A DNA stretch of 64,000 nt from the NCBI GenBank assembly GCA_028534125.1, contig CM052817.1:104472001-104536000 (forward strand), given 5' to 3'. Under the pieces are notes generated by a model. That model saw nothing but the letters and a program-made list of their open reading frames with translations. It was not told the origin of the DNA and searched no databases. Origin of the DNA: Lama glama. Lineage: Eukaryota. This document shows, one piece after another, positions 25,638-39,650 of this stretch. The position numbers and the translations under genes were made by a program. The first letter of the stretch is position 1. Each line of letters starts with the position of its first letter.

Positions 25638-27426
25638 CCAATAAGCTTTTGCTAACATGCTAATATCCCCTAAGAATCCACAACTTTTACTGAGCTCAAT
25701 ATGTAAAATGCAGCCTGTTTTAGATTCTAAGGGCTCTGATTTTTTTTTCATCATTCTTTAAAGTCGAAAAAACCATGTGCATCTGTGTGTACTACGTGTA
25801 TGTATACGTGTGTATGTGTGCATGTGTGTGTATGAAAAATATACTTGTAAGTTAGTGTAACAATTGATGGGAGCTGTGAAAACAGTCTACTTACTGAAGT
25901 CAATAACCAAGAAAGTTAGATAAGAGATCACAAACATTAAATAATGTGAACTCACTTGATTTCTTGAAAGCCAGGCATTGGGCAATAGAAGAGAATGATC
26001 TCTTTTATAAAGTGTGGACTCCTTTTTGTGTTGGCCTTTATTTGAGGGTTTGGTTTGATGGTTCAGGTATAATCAGAGTAGATAGAATCAAAAAGTATCA
26101 CTTTCCATATTGTACACGGAGCTGTAAGAAAGGTAAGTATTTTTATCTATAAACTTAATTGTCAAATTCCTCATTTCTATTATGTTTTTCTAAAGAAGGT
26201 AAGAATCTGAGTTAAATAGAAAAGTTAGCATCTAACTCAATGCTGGGAAAGGAGAGCTTGTAAAGGATGCATACAAAGGCAATGAACTTTATATAAGTTA
26301 TGCATGATATAGCTGGGACCCCGGATTTTAGCATGTAACTTACCCATATTTTTGGCTAACTGCAGCCCTACATATAAGGATTCCTTAATTTCCAAAGGAC
26401 AGTGTGGAGACAGCAAGTTAAATAACATATCTGCCTAGAGCTGCTTTTTCATTTAAATTTAGTGCAGAGCAAAAGTGGATGAAAAGAACACTGCTTGGAA
26501 GTAAACATGATGGGTTCCAGGATGAGCAAACAAGAATACTCCAGTAGGCATTTCTTTGGTGGCTGACCACTGCACTTCTTCATCTATTCTGTAAATAACA
26601 GAGAGGGAGGACAGCCGCCCCTGCTTTTGCGGTAGCTTTGATTTTAAAACTCTGCCAATGATTTAATAGATGTCAGAACTGGTCCACAAAATGCCAATTC
26701 CAACCAACTGGGTTATGGATTGCTTTTTTTTTTTTTAACATGGGGTGGGGTGCGCTGAGTGTCCACATGTGACAGTCTGTTCCTCTAGGTCCCAAAGCAA
26801 TTGATGCTGGAAATAGAAATGGACCTGCTCCGTGCCCTTCATGTTATCCACCGAGGGATGCTGTGTGCTGTCTGAAGTAGCTGAAGGACACACTGTGCTC
26901 TGTGATTCTATACATCTCTCTTCTTCCCCCTCAGGGAAGTACAAATTGCTTCATAACATCTGTATATTTCTCCATTTTTTCTCAAGCAACATCTATATAA
27001 GATGTTCCCCTCAACTTTGTGGAGCACCACTTGAGCACAACAGTCTAGAACAGTGAAATCTGTGCATTTCCTCTTCTTCTTCCTCTCTAGCCCTACCACG
27101 TAATGCTGTAGGGAACTTGGAAAGTCTCCTTGTTGCATCTTGAGCCTTCATAGAAACCCCCTGATGTACAGCTCTAAGCCTTTCTTCGTGTTCCATCCTC
27201 AGTACCTTGCAATCCTATCAGGAGACCCTTTTTCCCTCAGCCAGCCAGTTTGCAAACCAGAGACAGGTGGCAAACACATCTATCTTCTTCATCTTCTTAC
27301 TGAGCAGTTATGTTGCAGCAACCTAGTGGGCACCTCCTATTTGTTGATTAATGAAATATCCAGGTTTCTTTTTCAAAACGTTTTGTTTGGTCACAAATAG
27401 TGATGAAGAGCAGCATGTCAGTGTCC

Positions 27427-27815
27427 TTTGTTTTTTTTTTTTTAATCTTTTGATTGGAGTTTAGTTGATTTACAATGTTGGTTTCAGGTGTACAGCAAAG
27501 CAATTCAGTTATGCATATACATGCATATGTGTTTTTCCTTTTCAGATTCTTTTCCATTATTTGTTATTACAAGAAATTGAATATAGTTCCCTGTGCTATA
27601 CTAGAGGTCCTTGTTGTTTATCTATTTTATATACAGTAGCGTGTATCTGTTAATCCCCAACCCCTAATGTATCCCACTCCTTCCTCTGCCCTTTGGTAAT
27701 AATCATAGTTTGTTTTCTATGTCCATGACTGTGGTTTTGGTTTGTAAGCAGAATTTATATCATTTTTTAAGATTCCACATCTAAGTGATATCATATAATG
27801 TTTGTCTTTCTCTGA
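27427..27815 (-). mobile_element. L1 3' fragment
   Basis: Poly-T followed by the tagttccctgtgctata and gattccacat motifs. Confidence 0.9.
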
Positions 27816-29167
27816 AAAATCCATTTTTAATTTTAATTTTATTTTTAGATACATAAATTTCTATTTTTAACAGCATTTATGTATCTACAGAGGATGTCAG
27901 ACTCTAATCCTGCTTCCTAATGGCCCCACAAATGTGTTTCACTTGACCTGCTGAAAATCTGAACTAGTTACCAATATTTAAGTGTGTGATTATTTCACAT
28001 AAGATTCCACACACCTGTAATTATTTGAAAACCCCAGTATCTGGCTTTACTGGAACCACACTCCCTAAGATGACCACCAGTGTAGCCAGGGGTAACCCTT
28101 TGAAAGGCCATTTCAGCTCTAGGCCCCCACATCTCTCAGCCCTCCCTCCTTCTGAGCCCAGAACCTCAAACCACTTCTGCTCATCTGAGCACCTCTGTGG
28201 CTCCGGTGGACAGATCTGAATTTTCAACTCCTGGTCTAACACAGTCCTAGACATGAAAAACATGTGTGTTATTTCTGCCTCTGTGATTTAAGGGACTTAA
28301 AAGCTTAGAAAAAGGATTCCACACTCTTCCTCCTTGAAATGATGGGGCCCTGGGTGACCCCCAGGAGATACTTAAATGACAGCCTCCAAAATGACTTGTC
28401 AGATTCTGAGCCTTCATGTACAGACATGAAGCATTTTTAAACATTTCTAGATGGTGTATTTTCATGGCACTAAGATTTATCCACAATTTTCTTGTGGTGG
28501 TTTTTAAGTGGTGATTAAGAATGACAGGTTTAGCATTTTGTTAGAATGTATTCAAAGTACATCCAATTAATGGCTCTCAACTCAGTAATTCAATGACAGT
28601 TTATAATATTCTAAAGACCAACCACATGAAACAATTAATTTAGCTAATGATTCTGAATTTCTATGATTTAGCCAATGAAGGCCAGTGAATCTGTTGAGAT
28701 GAAATGGTTTCTTAAAGTAGGAAGGTGCAGATCTGCCTAGTCTGATGAAACCTGGGGCTTCTTAGCCTCTAAAGATATCAGTAAACCTGGCTTTGTTCAT
28801 TGCTACTGTTCCTACCCCCAAATCTACAGTCAGTGAATTCATCAAGGTATCCTAATGTTTCCCAAAGAAAATCTTTAAAGTCTGAATGAAATCAAGGGCT
28901 GATTTGAGAAAACGCCATTTTCATCATCTTTAAGTCAGTAACTCAGTTACTTCTATTACATTTCATAAACGTCTCATTGATTTATTGAGATACCAAGAGT
29001 CAGAAATCATTCTCAGAGCCCAGAAAAGTCAAAAAGTCAAAAATATAGGCAGCTCAGTGACGACTCAGTGCAGTTGGAACAGGACACAATCTTGGTAAGG
29101 ATGCACAAACTAATCTTTTCTGAAACAGAAGTATTGTAGGTCTGAATCTCTCCTGAATGGGAGACAC

Positions 29168-29685
29168 TGATACAGGAGAAACGGGGTATGAGAGGATGGC
29201 TGTGTCCCCGGTCTCAGTTGAGTCCTTGGGATGTGCCCCCGCCAAGTGAGGGTCTTGGCTTTGCTCAGGGAGAATTCGTAAGTGAGCCATAGTTGAGTGA
29301 AGGTAGATTTATTCAGAGAGATACACACTCCACAGACAGTGTGGGCCATCTCTGAAGGCAAGAGAGAGTGACCCCAAGGTGTGGGGTTGTTCGTTTTTAT
29401 GGGGTCGGTAACTTCATATGCTAACAAGTGGGAGGATCATTCCAATTGCTTTGGGGAAGGGGATGGGAGTCCCAGGAAATGGGGCATCACCCACTTTTTG
29501 TCCTTTTATGGTCAGCCTTGGAACTGTCACGGCACCTTTGCGAGCACCATTCACCATGCTAATGAATTACAATGAGTGTAAAATGAAGCTCAAGGTCTAC
29601 TCGGGGTTGACTCTTCTGCCATCTTGGTGCTCGTTGCTGGTCGTTCCTTTAATGGCTGTGCCCTGCCCCCTGCCCCCCTGCCCCA
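29168..29685 (-). mobile_element. Solo ERV LTR
   Basis: TG...CA ends, flanks acac/aaac, a minus-strand AATAAA, and ccgccatcttg-like and ggccatc motifs of ERV1 LTRs. Confidence 0.72.
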
Positions 29686-30794
29686 AAACCAGCTGCTCGA
29701 CATGAATCTAAACTCATGAGGGCAGCAAATGCTTCTGCCATGGTGTGTCCTCCCCAAAAGAGTCCTCTCTGTATGTGGTTTTCCATTTACAAACCATTGG
29801 ACGAATATATAAAATATGCCACTCTGTGTATTCTTTAATTCCTTGTCTCATTTTTACAAATAAAATGAGGCAGTGAATTGATTCAGTTACCTTGGCTTTA
29901 GTAACAATTAGGTTGAACCATATACTCCTGTCCATTTTGTAGCTCAGAAAGAGATGATACTGGAAAGCTCATAAAATCTAAGTTCTGTGTGAACTTATTA
30001 TGCCAAATAAAAAGGAATAATCCCCGGTACCTCCCCCACTACATTTTCCCCGAAATGACTTACCATGCTTTAGATGAGATACCTGTTTAAAAAAAATAAA
30101 GACCCGTATTTAACAACTGCTCTGTTAATTTCTTCCTCATCTGATGGAGCAGCCGTCTTTTAGAAGAGCCAAGAGCCACTGCAAATTACTAACAAGTCAG
30201 CTACCCCGAGGGTGTTACAGATTCTCTGCTGGCTGGAGATCTGGTAGTCTGTAGCCTTAAAATTGGACACGGCAGGAATGCGATCAGATTCCTAGCTAGA
30301 GCTTCTAGTACCTGAGTGAATACTCATACGTAATCATACATGAGAGAAATTCAAAATGCCTTGTTTGCTTGCCAGCGTGAGCAATTTGCAGTTTCGCTGA
30401 TCCAGCCACAGTCAGTTCTGGATGAACCTCCGCACGACTCTCTTTAATCTTTGGCAGGAGTTTTAGTGGGCGTGGTCATGCCGGTGACATCCTGGGACCC
30501 CTGGGGTTCTCCTGCTTCATTCTGTTTCACTCCGATCACTTGGGGTTAGAAGCTAAGAACGCCCTCAGTAAACATTTTGACGTCTCCTGGCTATTACCCT
30601 ACAACTGGAGCCCAGTTCTAGGGGAGTAGGTTTGCTGTTTTAGTTCTTCACAAATATATACGCCTGGAAAGCAATGAAAATCTCTACCCTGATAGGAGGT
30701 CAGGCAAAGCTTTCTTTATACTTCTTGCAATATATCTACCCTCATAATGCATGCTTGTTTTCCCATCTTCTTGCTGAGTTTCAGTTCCATTTTT

Positions 30795-30950
30795 TAAACT
30801 TTTTAAAAAATTTTTATTTTATTTATTTAGGAGGGGGAGGGAGTTAATTAGGTTTGTTTGTGTGTTTATTAATGGAGGTACCGGGGATTGAACCCAGGAC
30901 CTTGTGCAGGCTAAGCATGCACTCTGCCACTGAGCTGTACTTCCCTCCCC
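30795..30950 (-). mobile_element. tRNA-derived SINE (Vic-1-like)
   Basis: SINE body with TSD gttccattttt at 30784-30794 and 30954-30964. Confidence 0.9.
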
Positions 30951-33273
30951 TCGGTTCCATTTTTATATGAGCCCTCAGGGCAGCCTTGGTGATGGGGGTT
31001 ACTCTTAGGATGATTTTGTTTTCAAACTCACACTCTAAGGTCAAGGAAGTTTTCCACAGCAGGTTTCTCACTGTCCAGTGGTGCTGGTGTCTCGAGCCCA
31101 GTCTGCCCCTTACCCTCCCGTGGCTTCATTCTGTGGGAATGAGGGGCCAGCGGGTCTCTTAGCTGATGTCTGTGGGGGGAGGGAGGGAGAGCCTCAGTCA
31201 ATCAGAAACTATCAAACAGAAGATGACTGAGAGAAAAGCATTTGACTTCAGTTGGAGCGTTCCCTTTCCCACGAAAGTGCTTTTCTCATTTGTTTTCTGT
31301 TTGTTTGTTTTACTGCCTTACATTTGCGCTTTCAGAACTACACTTGATATTTCAATTAAAAGAATATTCCAGGGTGAGTAGATAACAATGCCAACACGTT
31401 TCTGTCAAAGGATCATGAGATGGAAACTACAGGTGTCACCTGTATTCTTCTAAGAGGTGCCTGGGAGTTGTCACATGGCCCCATCCTTTTGTCTTTTGAG
31501 GAAACACGAGCAGGTCGAAATTTCAAAAACAAAGAACAACTGTTCGGTATTATAGAATAATTTGTTCTAAATAGAGACATTCTTCTCTGGGCAGCAGCAG
31601 ATCTTACTCTTCTGTGAAGCTTCCACGCACAAACACGGGCCTCCCTCCAGGCAGATCTGAGCCCACACCAGCAGGAAGCTGTGTTCTGAGTGGTCGTTCT
31701 GAGAAGGCGCCAGTGGTGCCAAGTTCAGCCATCCGCTCCACGCACCCGTGTCCGCCGTGTGCCGGGGCACTTGGTGGTGAGCCAGGTTGAAGACTTCTGC
31801 TCTCAGAGAGCACAGAGCCCACTACAAGAGGGATGGAAAGGGATGAATAACTTACAATATTTTGTAATAAATTTGCAAGTCATGGTAGTCAGTGGGCAGT
31901 GGTGTGGTAAGCCACAATTTTCTGGACTGGGAATAGGAAAGGTAATTCAGAGAGAGGCAGCCACCTTATAGTTGGTCATTACTTAGGAGACCATCATATC
32001 AAAAGATTTTTTTTATGATAACTTTAAACAAATAGCACAATGACTGTCTTTCCTCTTTCGTTCGCCATGCTTCACATCAGCTAGGCTCACCAAGAAACAT
32101 CACCAAGCATCAGCTGGACATCCAGGACACTGGGGAGAGAGGACTGGGGGTAGAGGACAGGATTTGGTAGCTCTCTCAAAGGAGACCTAAGTAAACAACC
32201 CCTGAATAACACTGTTGGCTTGGACAGTTGTCTTCAGTCCTCGCTTACGTGAAGACCCAACTGTATACTAATTTAGTTCAGTTTCTCTCTTTGAAAATGA
32301 CCCCTTGAAGAACATAACCTCACTAGGTTGGTCAGAATGTCACCTGGTGTTAGGAGTCTAGATAGGAAAAGAAACTAAACGTATATCCTATTTGCTGTTG
32401 AAGTCTTTGGCTGAACACGGTTCCACCCTTGAGAAATCGTTTTTATTTTGACAAGGATAAGGGACTCAGTATAGAACTTCTTTTGTATACTGTGTATTTT
32501 GATATTTGAAATACAAACTATGGTTAAAATGATGGTACCACATGGAAAGCATGCAAGCATCAAAATAGAATGTGCACGCACACACACAAACACACTCATA
32601 GTTACAAATAAAGATTTCCCCAAAGCATCATCTTATGATGGAAGGCTTTTTCAATGGGAAAGAAGTATGTTTGTCTTTCATTTTCATTTTTCTTAAGATG
32701 GTGGAAAGGCTGAGTTTTCAGTGCTTTCATATTTAAATTTTCCTCCAGCTAAAGATTTTTCTCTCTTGGCTGAGAGATTTTTCTTCATTCATTATTCCGA
32801 TGTCTCATATCTTGGCGTAAAATATAAAAAATTTTCCGTAATTTTTTGATTTAGTTTTTTGAAATATAAGGCATTGGGAAGTAAGATGGCTTTTTTTCCC
32901 ACTGTGTCATCCATTGGCTTCATTGGGTGTGTGCAATGTTGTCATGACAATATGGCTTTTTGAAAAAAGTTTTAAACCAAATCGAATTCCTGTTCTATTG
33001 GATTGACAAGTAACGGAGGAATGAGGGAGATTTTGATACGATCTTTCTGGGAGGATGGTGTCTAGCCCGACTGTCCATGCAGCAACATGCAGGTGGGATG
33101 CCATCAACATTATAAGTTCAATGACTGAAAGATCTCACTGCAAAAGAGAACTAATCTCTCACATGCCGGCTTCCTCCTGGTTTTCTTCTATTCTCTAAAT
33201 GGTACCTTCAAGCAGCTCTTTTCTTGTTTCCCACACAGATACTCCACCCACAGCCTCATCATAGCAGTGCCAT

Positions 33274-34034
33274 TGTTGCCAAAACACAGCCTCTGGACCT
33301 CGCTTACTGAATTAAGACTTGAGGACAGAGTTTTGGATGAAGTAGAAAAAGCAGCTTTATTTCTTTGCGGGCAAAGGAGGTCACAGTGGGCTAGAGCCTC
33401 TAAGGCTGTGAGCCTGCTGGGGAGAGAGGGCAAGGGTTTTATAGTAAAAAATTCAAGAATTCAAGGGATGGAGCTGGTTTCCATAGAGATAGCATACAGG
33501 ATAATAAATTGTTCCAAAGTTGTTCTTGCTTTTGCAAATGCAGTGATCCCCTTCCCTCTGCTGGATATGAAGTTCATCTCTGGCTCTGGGACTCTCTTAA
33601 TATTTTTGTGCCCAGAATAAAGGGTGCCTAGGAAGGGGCTCCATGGAAAAGAGCTCTAGAGAAATCTTGTGCAGTTTAAAGTCAGGTTAATAAATGCTTT
33701 TAGCTTTTTGAGCAGGCTGAGGCCTGGGACCTCCTGCTGTAGGCTGAGATCTGCAGCTTGAACAACAGGACACAAGGAAACCAAAAGGGTCAAGAGGAGG
33801 TCACTGCAGTCCAGAGCAGAGCACCGGGGTCAGGAGCAGGGCACTGAGCATGACCCCTGCACACAGCACCACGAGGGGGTTGGGCAGACCACTCAAGCCT
33901 TCCTCCTCCCCAGCTCAACCCTGGTCAGCAAAAGCATGAGAAAAACCTTTAAACTATGATACAGTGAGGCAGTTACAAAGACCACTGTAGATGTCGGATG
34001 GTCACTGATGACAACAGGGTCCTGCTCGGTTACA
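33274..34034 (-). mobile_element. Solo ERV LTR
   Basis: tgttgcc...ggttaca ends with a perfect 4-bp TSD ccat (33270-33273 and 34035-34038) and a minus-strand AATAAA. Confidence 0.85.
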
Positions 34035-34464
34035 CCATCATCTTGCATAAGATGCTTTGCCCTAAATTAGGCTGCTGTACCCACCCAGCCACAGGTACAC
34101 CAGAATGTGCCCCTGAGAACTGTGCAGCATGAAATATCATAAAACGTCAGGGAAGCGGGTCAGGAGGCAGAGGTACTGGACAATCCATACCCAGTTCTGT
34201 TTTCCATTCTCTCTGGTAGAGAAATGGGTGATGGGCAGAGAGAGGTAAGCTGTGCTCCTCTGACGGAGGTCCCTCCACACGGAAACAGGAAACAAAGAAA
34301 AGGGGTTTCCGTCGAAGACAAGGGCACTTTCCTTGTAAGGACCACCCTCCACTCCCAAAACACAGAGGACCCTGTCATCCAGGAATGAATAATGTTTTAA
34401 AATCCTCTTTTAAATGAAATACAAGGAGAGTAGCTAATTTCAAAAGGACAAATCATTCAAATAG

Positions 34465-34612
34465 GAGAGGAAAGAGCACTGGGTTACAAGTCAGAAGACG
34501 AGATTTTAACTCTGGTTCTGAAACTTAATTCCTCTGAGCTTTGCCTCGGTTTCCTCATCTGTAAAACAAGGAGTCTGAACAAGTGTCTTCCGACTTAAAA
34601 TTCTGTGATCTC
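34465..34612 (+). mobile_element. MIR fragment
   Basis: ctctgagc...cctcggtttcctcatctgtaaaa core. Confidence 0.75.
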
Positions 34613-34644
34613 ATGAAAAGCAAAGTGAAAAATCCACCAAAAAA

Positions 34645-34692
34645 GAGAAAGAGAGGAAGGAGGGAAGGAGGGAAGGAAGGAGGGAGAAGGAA
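34645..34692. repeat. (GGAA/GGGA)n purine microsatellite
   Basis: Read directly from the sequence. Confidence 0.85.
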
Positions 34693-34774
34693 CTTCACAT
34701 TTCAAATTAATTTTATTTTTTTTGAGATTTTCAAATGTTAGCCACTTTTTATAAAGATAGATTTAAAAAGCAAA

Positions 34775-34945
34775 TTTCTGCTGTATAGCACAGGGAACTA
34801 TATTCAACATCTTTTAATAACCTTTAATAAAAAAGAGTATGAAAACGAATATATGATGTATATGCATGACTGGGACATTGTGCTGTGCACCAGAAATTGA
34901 CACATTGTAACTGACTGTACTTCAATTTTAAAAATAAATAAATTT
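34775..34945 (+). mobile_element. L1 3' fragment (sense)
   Basis: ctgtatagcacagggaactatattc...gacacattgtaactgactgtacttcaat. Confidence 0.88.
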
Positions 34946-35399
34946 TTAAAAGAATCAAATTAAATTTAAATGTTCAGAAGAAAAAGGAAAACAGAGAGAA
35001 ACCTTCACTCGGACATTAGGTTAGGTTGCACAGGACAGGACGCTGAGTAACAGAGTCCAAGTTCGAGTCCAAGTTCAAATCCTGAAGAAACAATGTCTGT
35101 GCTTTCCCAGTCATGTTACCCTATAAAGCCAACCATGGTGGGAAAAGCAAGACACTCTGTCTCTATATTCAAAAAAGAAAGCCATTAGGAAGTGGAACTA
35201 AGGGAAAATAGGGAAGAAAGAAGGAGAGAAGAAATGGAGACAGAAGAGAAGCAAAGAGAGGGAAGGGGATGGTGTGAGGGCCACTGAGTATCCAGGGCAT
35301 CCTGGGAGGTGACCAGAAGCTAGAGGGTCCAGACCCCACTCTTTTTCCTAAGTTGTAAGCAGGTAATCAAAAGCTAAAAAAAAGTCAAGAAAATTCAAG

Positions 35400-36061
35400 T
35401 TTTTTTTTTTAATTGAAATATAGTCAGTTACAATGTGTCAGTCTCTGGTGCACAGCACAATATCCCAGCCATGCATATACATACATATATTTGTTTTCAT
35501 ATTCTTTTTCATTAAAGGTTATTATAAGATATTGAATATAATTCCCTGTGCTATACAGAAGAAACTTTTTAATCTATTTTTATATATATTGTGGCTAACA
35601 TTTGCAAATCTCAAACTCCCAGATTTACCCCTTCCCACCCTTTTTCTCTGGTAACCATAAGATTGTTTACTATGTCTGTGAATCTGTTTCTATTTTGTAG
35701 GTGAGTTCATAGTGTCCTTTTTTTTTCTTTTTTTAGGTTCCACATATGAGTGATACTATATGGTATTTTTCTTTCTCTTTCTGGCTTAATTCACTTAGAA
35801 TGACAATCTTCAGATCCATTCATGTTGCTGCAAATGGCATTATTTTATTCTGTTTTATGGCTGAGTAGTATTCCATTGTATAAATATACCACAACTTCTT
35901 TATCCAGTCCTCTGTCGATGGACATTTAGGTTACTTCCATGTCTTGGCTATTGTATACAGTGCTGCTGTGAACATTGGGGTGCAGGTGTCTTTTCAAATT
36001 AACGTTCCCTCCGTGCCCAGGAGTGGGATGGATGGGTCATAGGGTAGGTCTGTTACCATAC
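35400..36061 (-). mobile_element. L1 3' fragment
   Basis: Poly-T followed by L1 3'UTR and ORF2 C-terminus (ORF 35994-36197 ends LPYDPSIPLLG). Confidence 0.92.
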
Positions 36062-36594
36062 GATCAAGTGCTTCTTGACAGCAGGCTGTTCTGAAACCCT
36101 GAGATGTACCTGGAAGACTTCTGACCCTAAGAAAAGAGGCCAGCTGGGCCAAAAGCCTCCTTGGCACAGCAGAGAAAACCAGTGTGGACTGATGCAAGTC
36201 AGTTGAGTCTCAAGTGTAAAAGTCTGTAGACACATCCAGATAAGACTTAACGCTGGCTTAAGTTTGCCACCGAATTTATCTATGAAGAATTTGCTGAGCA
36301 AATCAATGGCGTAAGCAGGTTAAGACAGGAAAATCACTGATGTACTGAAACGTTTTCAGGAGTTCATTAAAAAAAAAATGTTGAGGAAAATAATTAGCCT
36401 TGCCTGGCATATTTGAACAAAATTTATTTTGTACTTACTTCTTAAAGGGCCGCTTGCTCCAAGCGTGCAGGCGAGTCATTTTCATGTGAACACCTGACAT
36501 AGGTTTCATCATTTTTGTCGATGAAGTGAAATTCTGCTTTTAAAGACTTCTTAATACAGAATAATCCCAAAGTCCGGTTATTTGTATTTCCTCT

Positions 36595-36870
36595 ACCTGA
36601 CTGTGTGGTGATTAAGGCTTGAGCTCTCGAGTCAGCCTGCCAGCGTCTGCACCTTGAAAGGAGTCGTAGCTTTATAGCTTGGGGCAAGTTGTTGAATTTC
36701 TCCAGGCATGTATTTCCTCACGTGTGAAATGGGAGATAATAAAAGTGTGAACACCCTTCTGCGGTTGTTAGGAGGTTGTTAGGTTGTTAGGAGGCCTGAA
36801 TGAGATAACACCTGACAGGCACTTAGCCTCGTGTCTGGAACATGATGTGAATAAATACTAACTATGAGCA
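36595..36870 (+). mobile_element. MIR element
   Basis: ttggggcaagtt...tttcctcacgtgtgaaatgggagataata...gcacttagc. Confidence 0.78.
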
Positions 36871-36927
36871 TATGTAAATTTTAAATGACTTTAATTTCAA
36901 TTTCTCAGTGTTTTTTACAGTCCTGGA

Positions 36928-37347
36928 TTTTTTTTTTCATTTTTTTTTAGTTGAAGTATAGTCAGTTTACAATGTGTCGATTTCTGGTGTACAGCACCGT
37001 GTTTCAGTCATACATATACATACATATACTCCTTTTCAAATTCTTTTTCATTATAGGTTACTACAAGATATTGAATATAGTTCCCTGTGCTGTACAGTAT
37101 AAACCTGTTGTTTATCTATTTTATATATAGTAGTTAGTGTCTGCAAATCTCAAAGTCCCGATTTATCCCTTCCCATCACTTCTTCCTCCGGGTAACCATA
37201 AGTTTATTCTCTATGTCTGTGAGTCTGTTTCTGTTTTGTAACTAAGTTCATGTGTGTCTTTTGTTTAGATTCCACATGTAAGTGATATCATATGGTATGT
37301 TTCTTTCTCTTTCTGGCTTACTTCACCTAGAATTACGATCTCCAGGT
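36928..37347 (-). mobile_element. L1 3' fragment
   Basis: L1 3'UTR pattern with TSD-like flanks agtcctggattttt and agtcctagaattttt. Confidence 0.9.
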
Positions 37348-38639
37348 ATAGTCCTAGAATTTTTAAGTTAGAAGTGTCTTTCCAAGTTGTAACTGGTTTC
37401 CAAAGCTGTTTAAAGCACTAGAACTTCCTTCCTCTTTGAATGTGATTTTATTTAGAATTCAAAAATATGAAAGAGGTAAAAGGAGCCACGGTAAACAGAG
37501 ACACCAGAGTGTGACTCAGCAGTGGCCCCCAGTTGAATGGTGGCATTCTGCAGGGAGCGTGTGTCAGCGAAGCCAAGGCGTGTTTGTAGGAGCTACCCAC
37601 CCGGGCACAGCCTACGGTGTTGGAAGATGGGTCCCAAAAGACCATAGACACAGACTGGGTACTTGACTTCAACCCTCAGCCTTGATGAGCTGGTACAAAT
37701 GATTTAGTTCAAGGACCACGGTGTCAGATAGAAGAAACAGCAGAGGAAAAGCTCAGCAGCAGGTGTCACCAGGAACCATATGCCATATACCATTTCAGGG
37801 AGGGAGGGAGCGCCCTCCCCCGCCACCGCTGCAGGCACTTGGCCTGCGGTCCTGCAGCTCGGGTGCTTCTGCTCCTGACCCACCTGAGCCTCCTGGTGCT
37901 GAGCAACCTTGAGCAGTGGTCCTCTGTTTGACTTTCATCATAGTCTCATGGTGCCCAAGAAACATACCTGGGAGTCTCTGGTCTTCCTTGGGCCACTGTT
38001 CCCCGTGACATCCAACTGTATGCCTTACCTGGGGGAGATGATCCCAGCAGCCTAGATGCAGATCTCTTCCTCCAGGCGCCCTGGCAAGGGAGGGGTGGCT
38101 GGCGCTGGTCTTCTTCTGACTCAACTGACTCAGCAACTTCTCGAGGAAGGTCTGGGATCCAAGGCTGGATGTTACCAAGCATTCCAGACACCTTCAGCGG
38201 GTGGACCTGAGTCAAAAGAGACCACGCTCAGGGATTCGTCTGTTTCTGTAAGAAAAATATCCCCCCCCCAAGTCTTCCTCACAGCCTACACCTCCTGTCT
38301 TCCCTTTGAGCATCTCTTTGTCCAAATTTCTGAATCACAGAGTTAGGTGCTTTGAGGAAACAGCAAAAATTAAGCCCCTTGACCAAACCAAAGTCATGAC
38401 AACTTCAGAATTCCTGCCCCTCATGGGCCATCATTTGTCACCTTCATAAGACATTTTGATGTTTGTGGAAATTGGAGGATGTCAGGGCCGCCAGTGTCAT
38501 TTAAACTCCCAGTGAGGAGGGAAAGAATGACTTTTCTAGTGTTTTTCCGGAAGCTGCCATTGCACTGCTCTCGAAACTTGCCAGGGAAAGCTTAATCGGT
38601 TCAGTTGTACATTTATATTTTTGGCACCTATCAATTAAG

Positions 38640-39600
38640 AAAAAGTAAAAAGTAGACTTTTTAAGCCCTTAGAAATCAAAAGCACTCAACAAAAGACATG
38701 AAAAAGGAAGTTGAACAGATATTCCAGAAAGTAAAATAAAAGGATACAAGGAGTAAAGCAATTTTTTTTAACTCATAGAAAAAGGAGTCTAGAATTAGAT
38801 TAAGAAAATTTGCAGATACTGAGAATAGACAAAAAGGCTAAGAAAATTATCAAAGGAATCAGAAGCAAGAGTACTTCCAAGAAATGAAGGGCATGATTAC
38901 TCAGAACAAATAAATGAAGACTTAGATAAATACTCGCTACTGCAAAAATCCAGAATACCAAGAATAAATAAAAATCAACAGTAACTTCAGGAAGCTTTCA
39001 AAGGGCTTCTGATGAATGCCACTGTAATCAGAATTGTAGCGATCTTCTCAAGGGTATGTGCTTAAGAGATGGTGCAGTAAGAACCAGAATATTCTAAAGG
39101 AGTATGCGACCACAACTTTAACACTCGGCAAATCTACCAATAAAATGTAAGAGTGGAATAAAGATTTTCAGACAATGCAAGGGTCCTAAAAACTTTATAC
39201 CCCTTGGTCTCTTAGGAAACTTTTCAAGGGAGTGCTTAAGCAAAATAAGGGCTTTGCCACAGGAAAAAAGTTAGGATTGGAAAAGCACAGGAGGCAACAA
39301 AGAACCTCCCAGAACAAGGGCTGTGCACTAGGCATGTCTAAGCTATTTAAAAGGGATGCCCCTGGGGAGCGTGCAGAGGAGCAGAGCGGGAGGAGAAATA
39401 CACCCACCATGACGGTGACCTGCTCGGGATGGAGAATCAGATAGAAATCTTGAGGTCAGAGGTCTGTGGGGAAAATCAGTTTGAGAGGATATCTGACTTG
39501 CTTCAGAAGTCGGGTTGAGCGGCTTTGGGTCGATGCAAGGAAGAATAGAGAAAAAAATTGAAATAGGTACATCTTAAGCAAATTATTAAAAAGGAATTAT
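38640..39600 (+). mobile_element. Ancient L1 ORF1-like (L1M/HAL1-type) relic
   Basis: A-rich degenerate sequence with L1 ORF1-like motifs (aatcagaat, aataaagattttcagaca). No intact ORF. Confidence 0.5.
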
Positions 39601-39650
39601 CTTTAAAATGCAACAGAAATCTATTAAAGAAGTGAATTATTACTCGAGAG

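Noticed and set aside
35053..35076. 12-bp tandem duplication gagtccaagttc (similar ones near 36765 and 58356)
   Set aside because: Ordinary slippage duplications with no repeat-spacer array structure.
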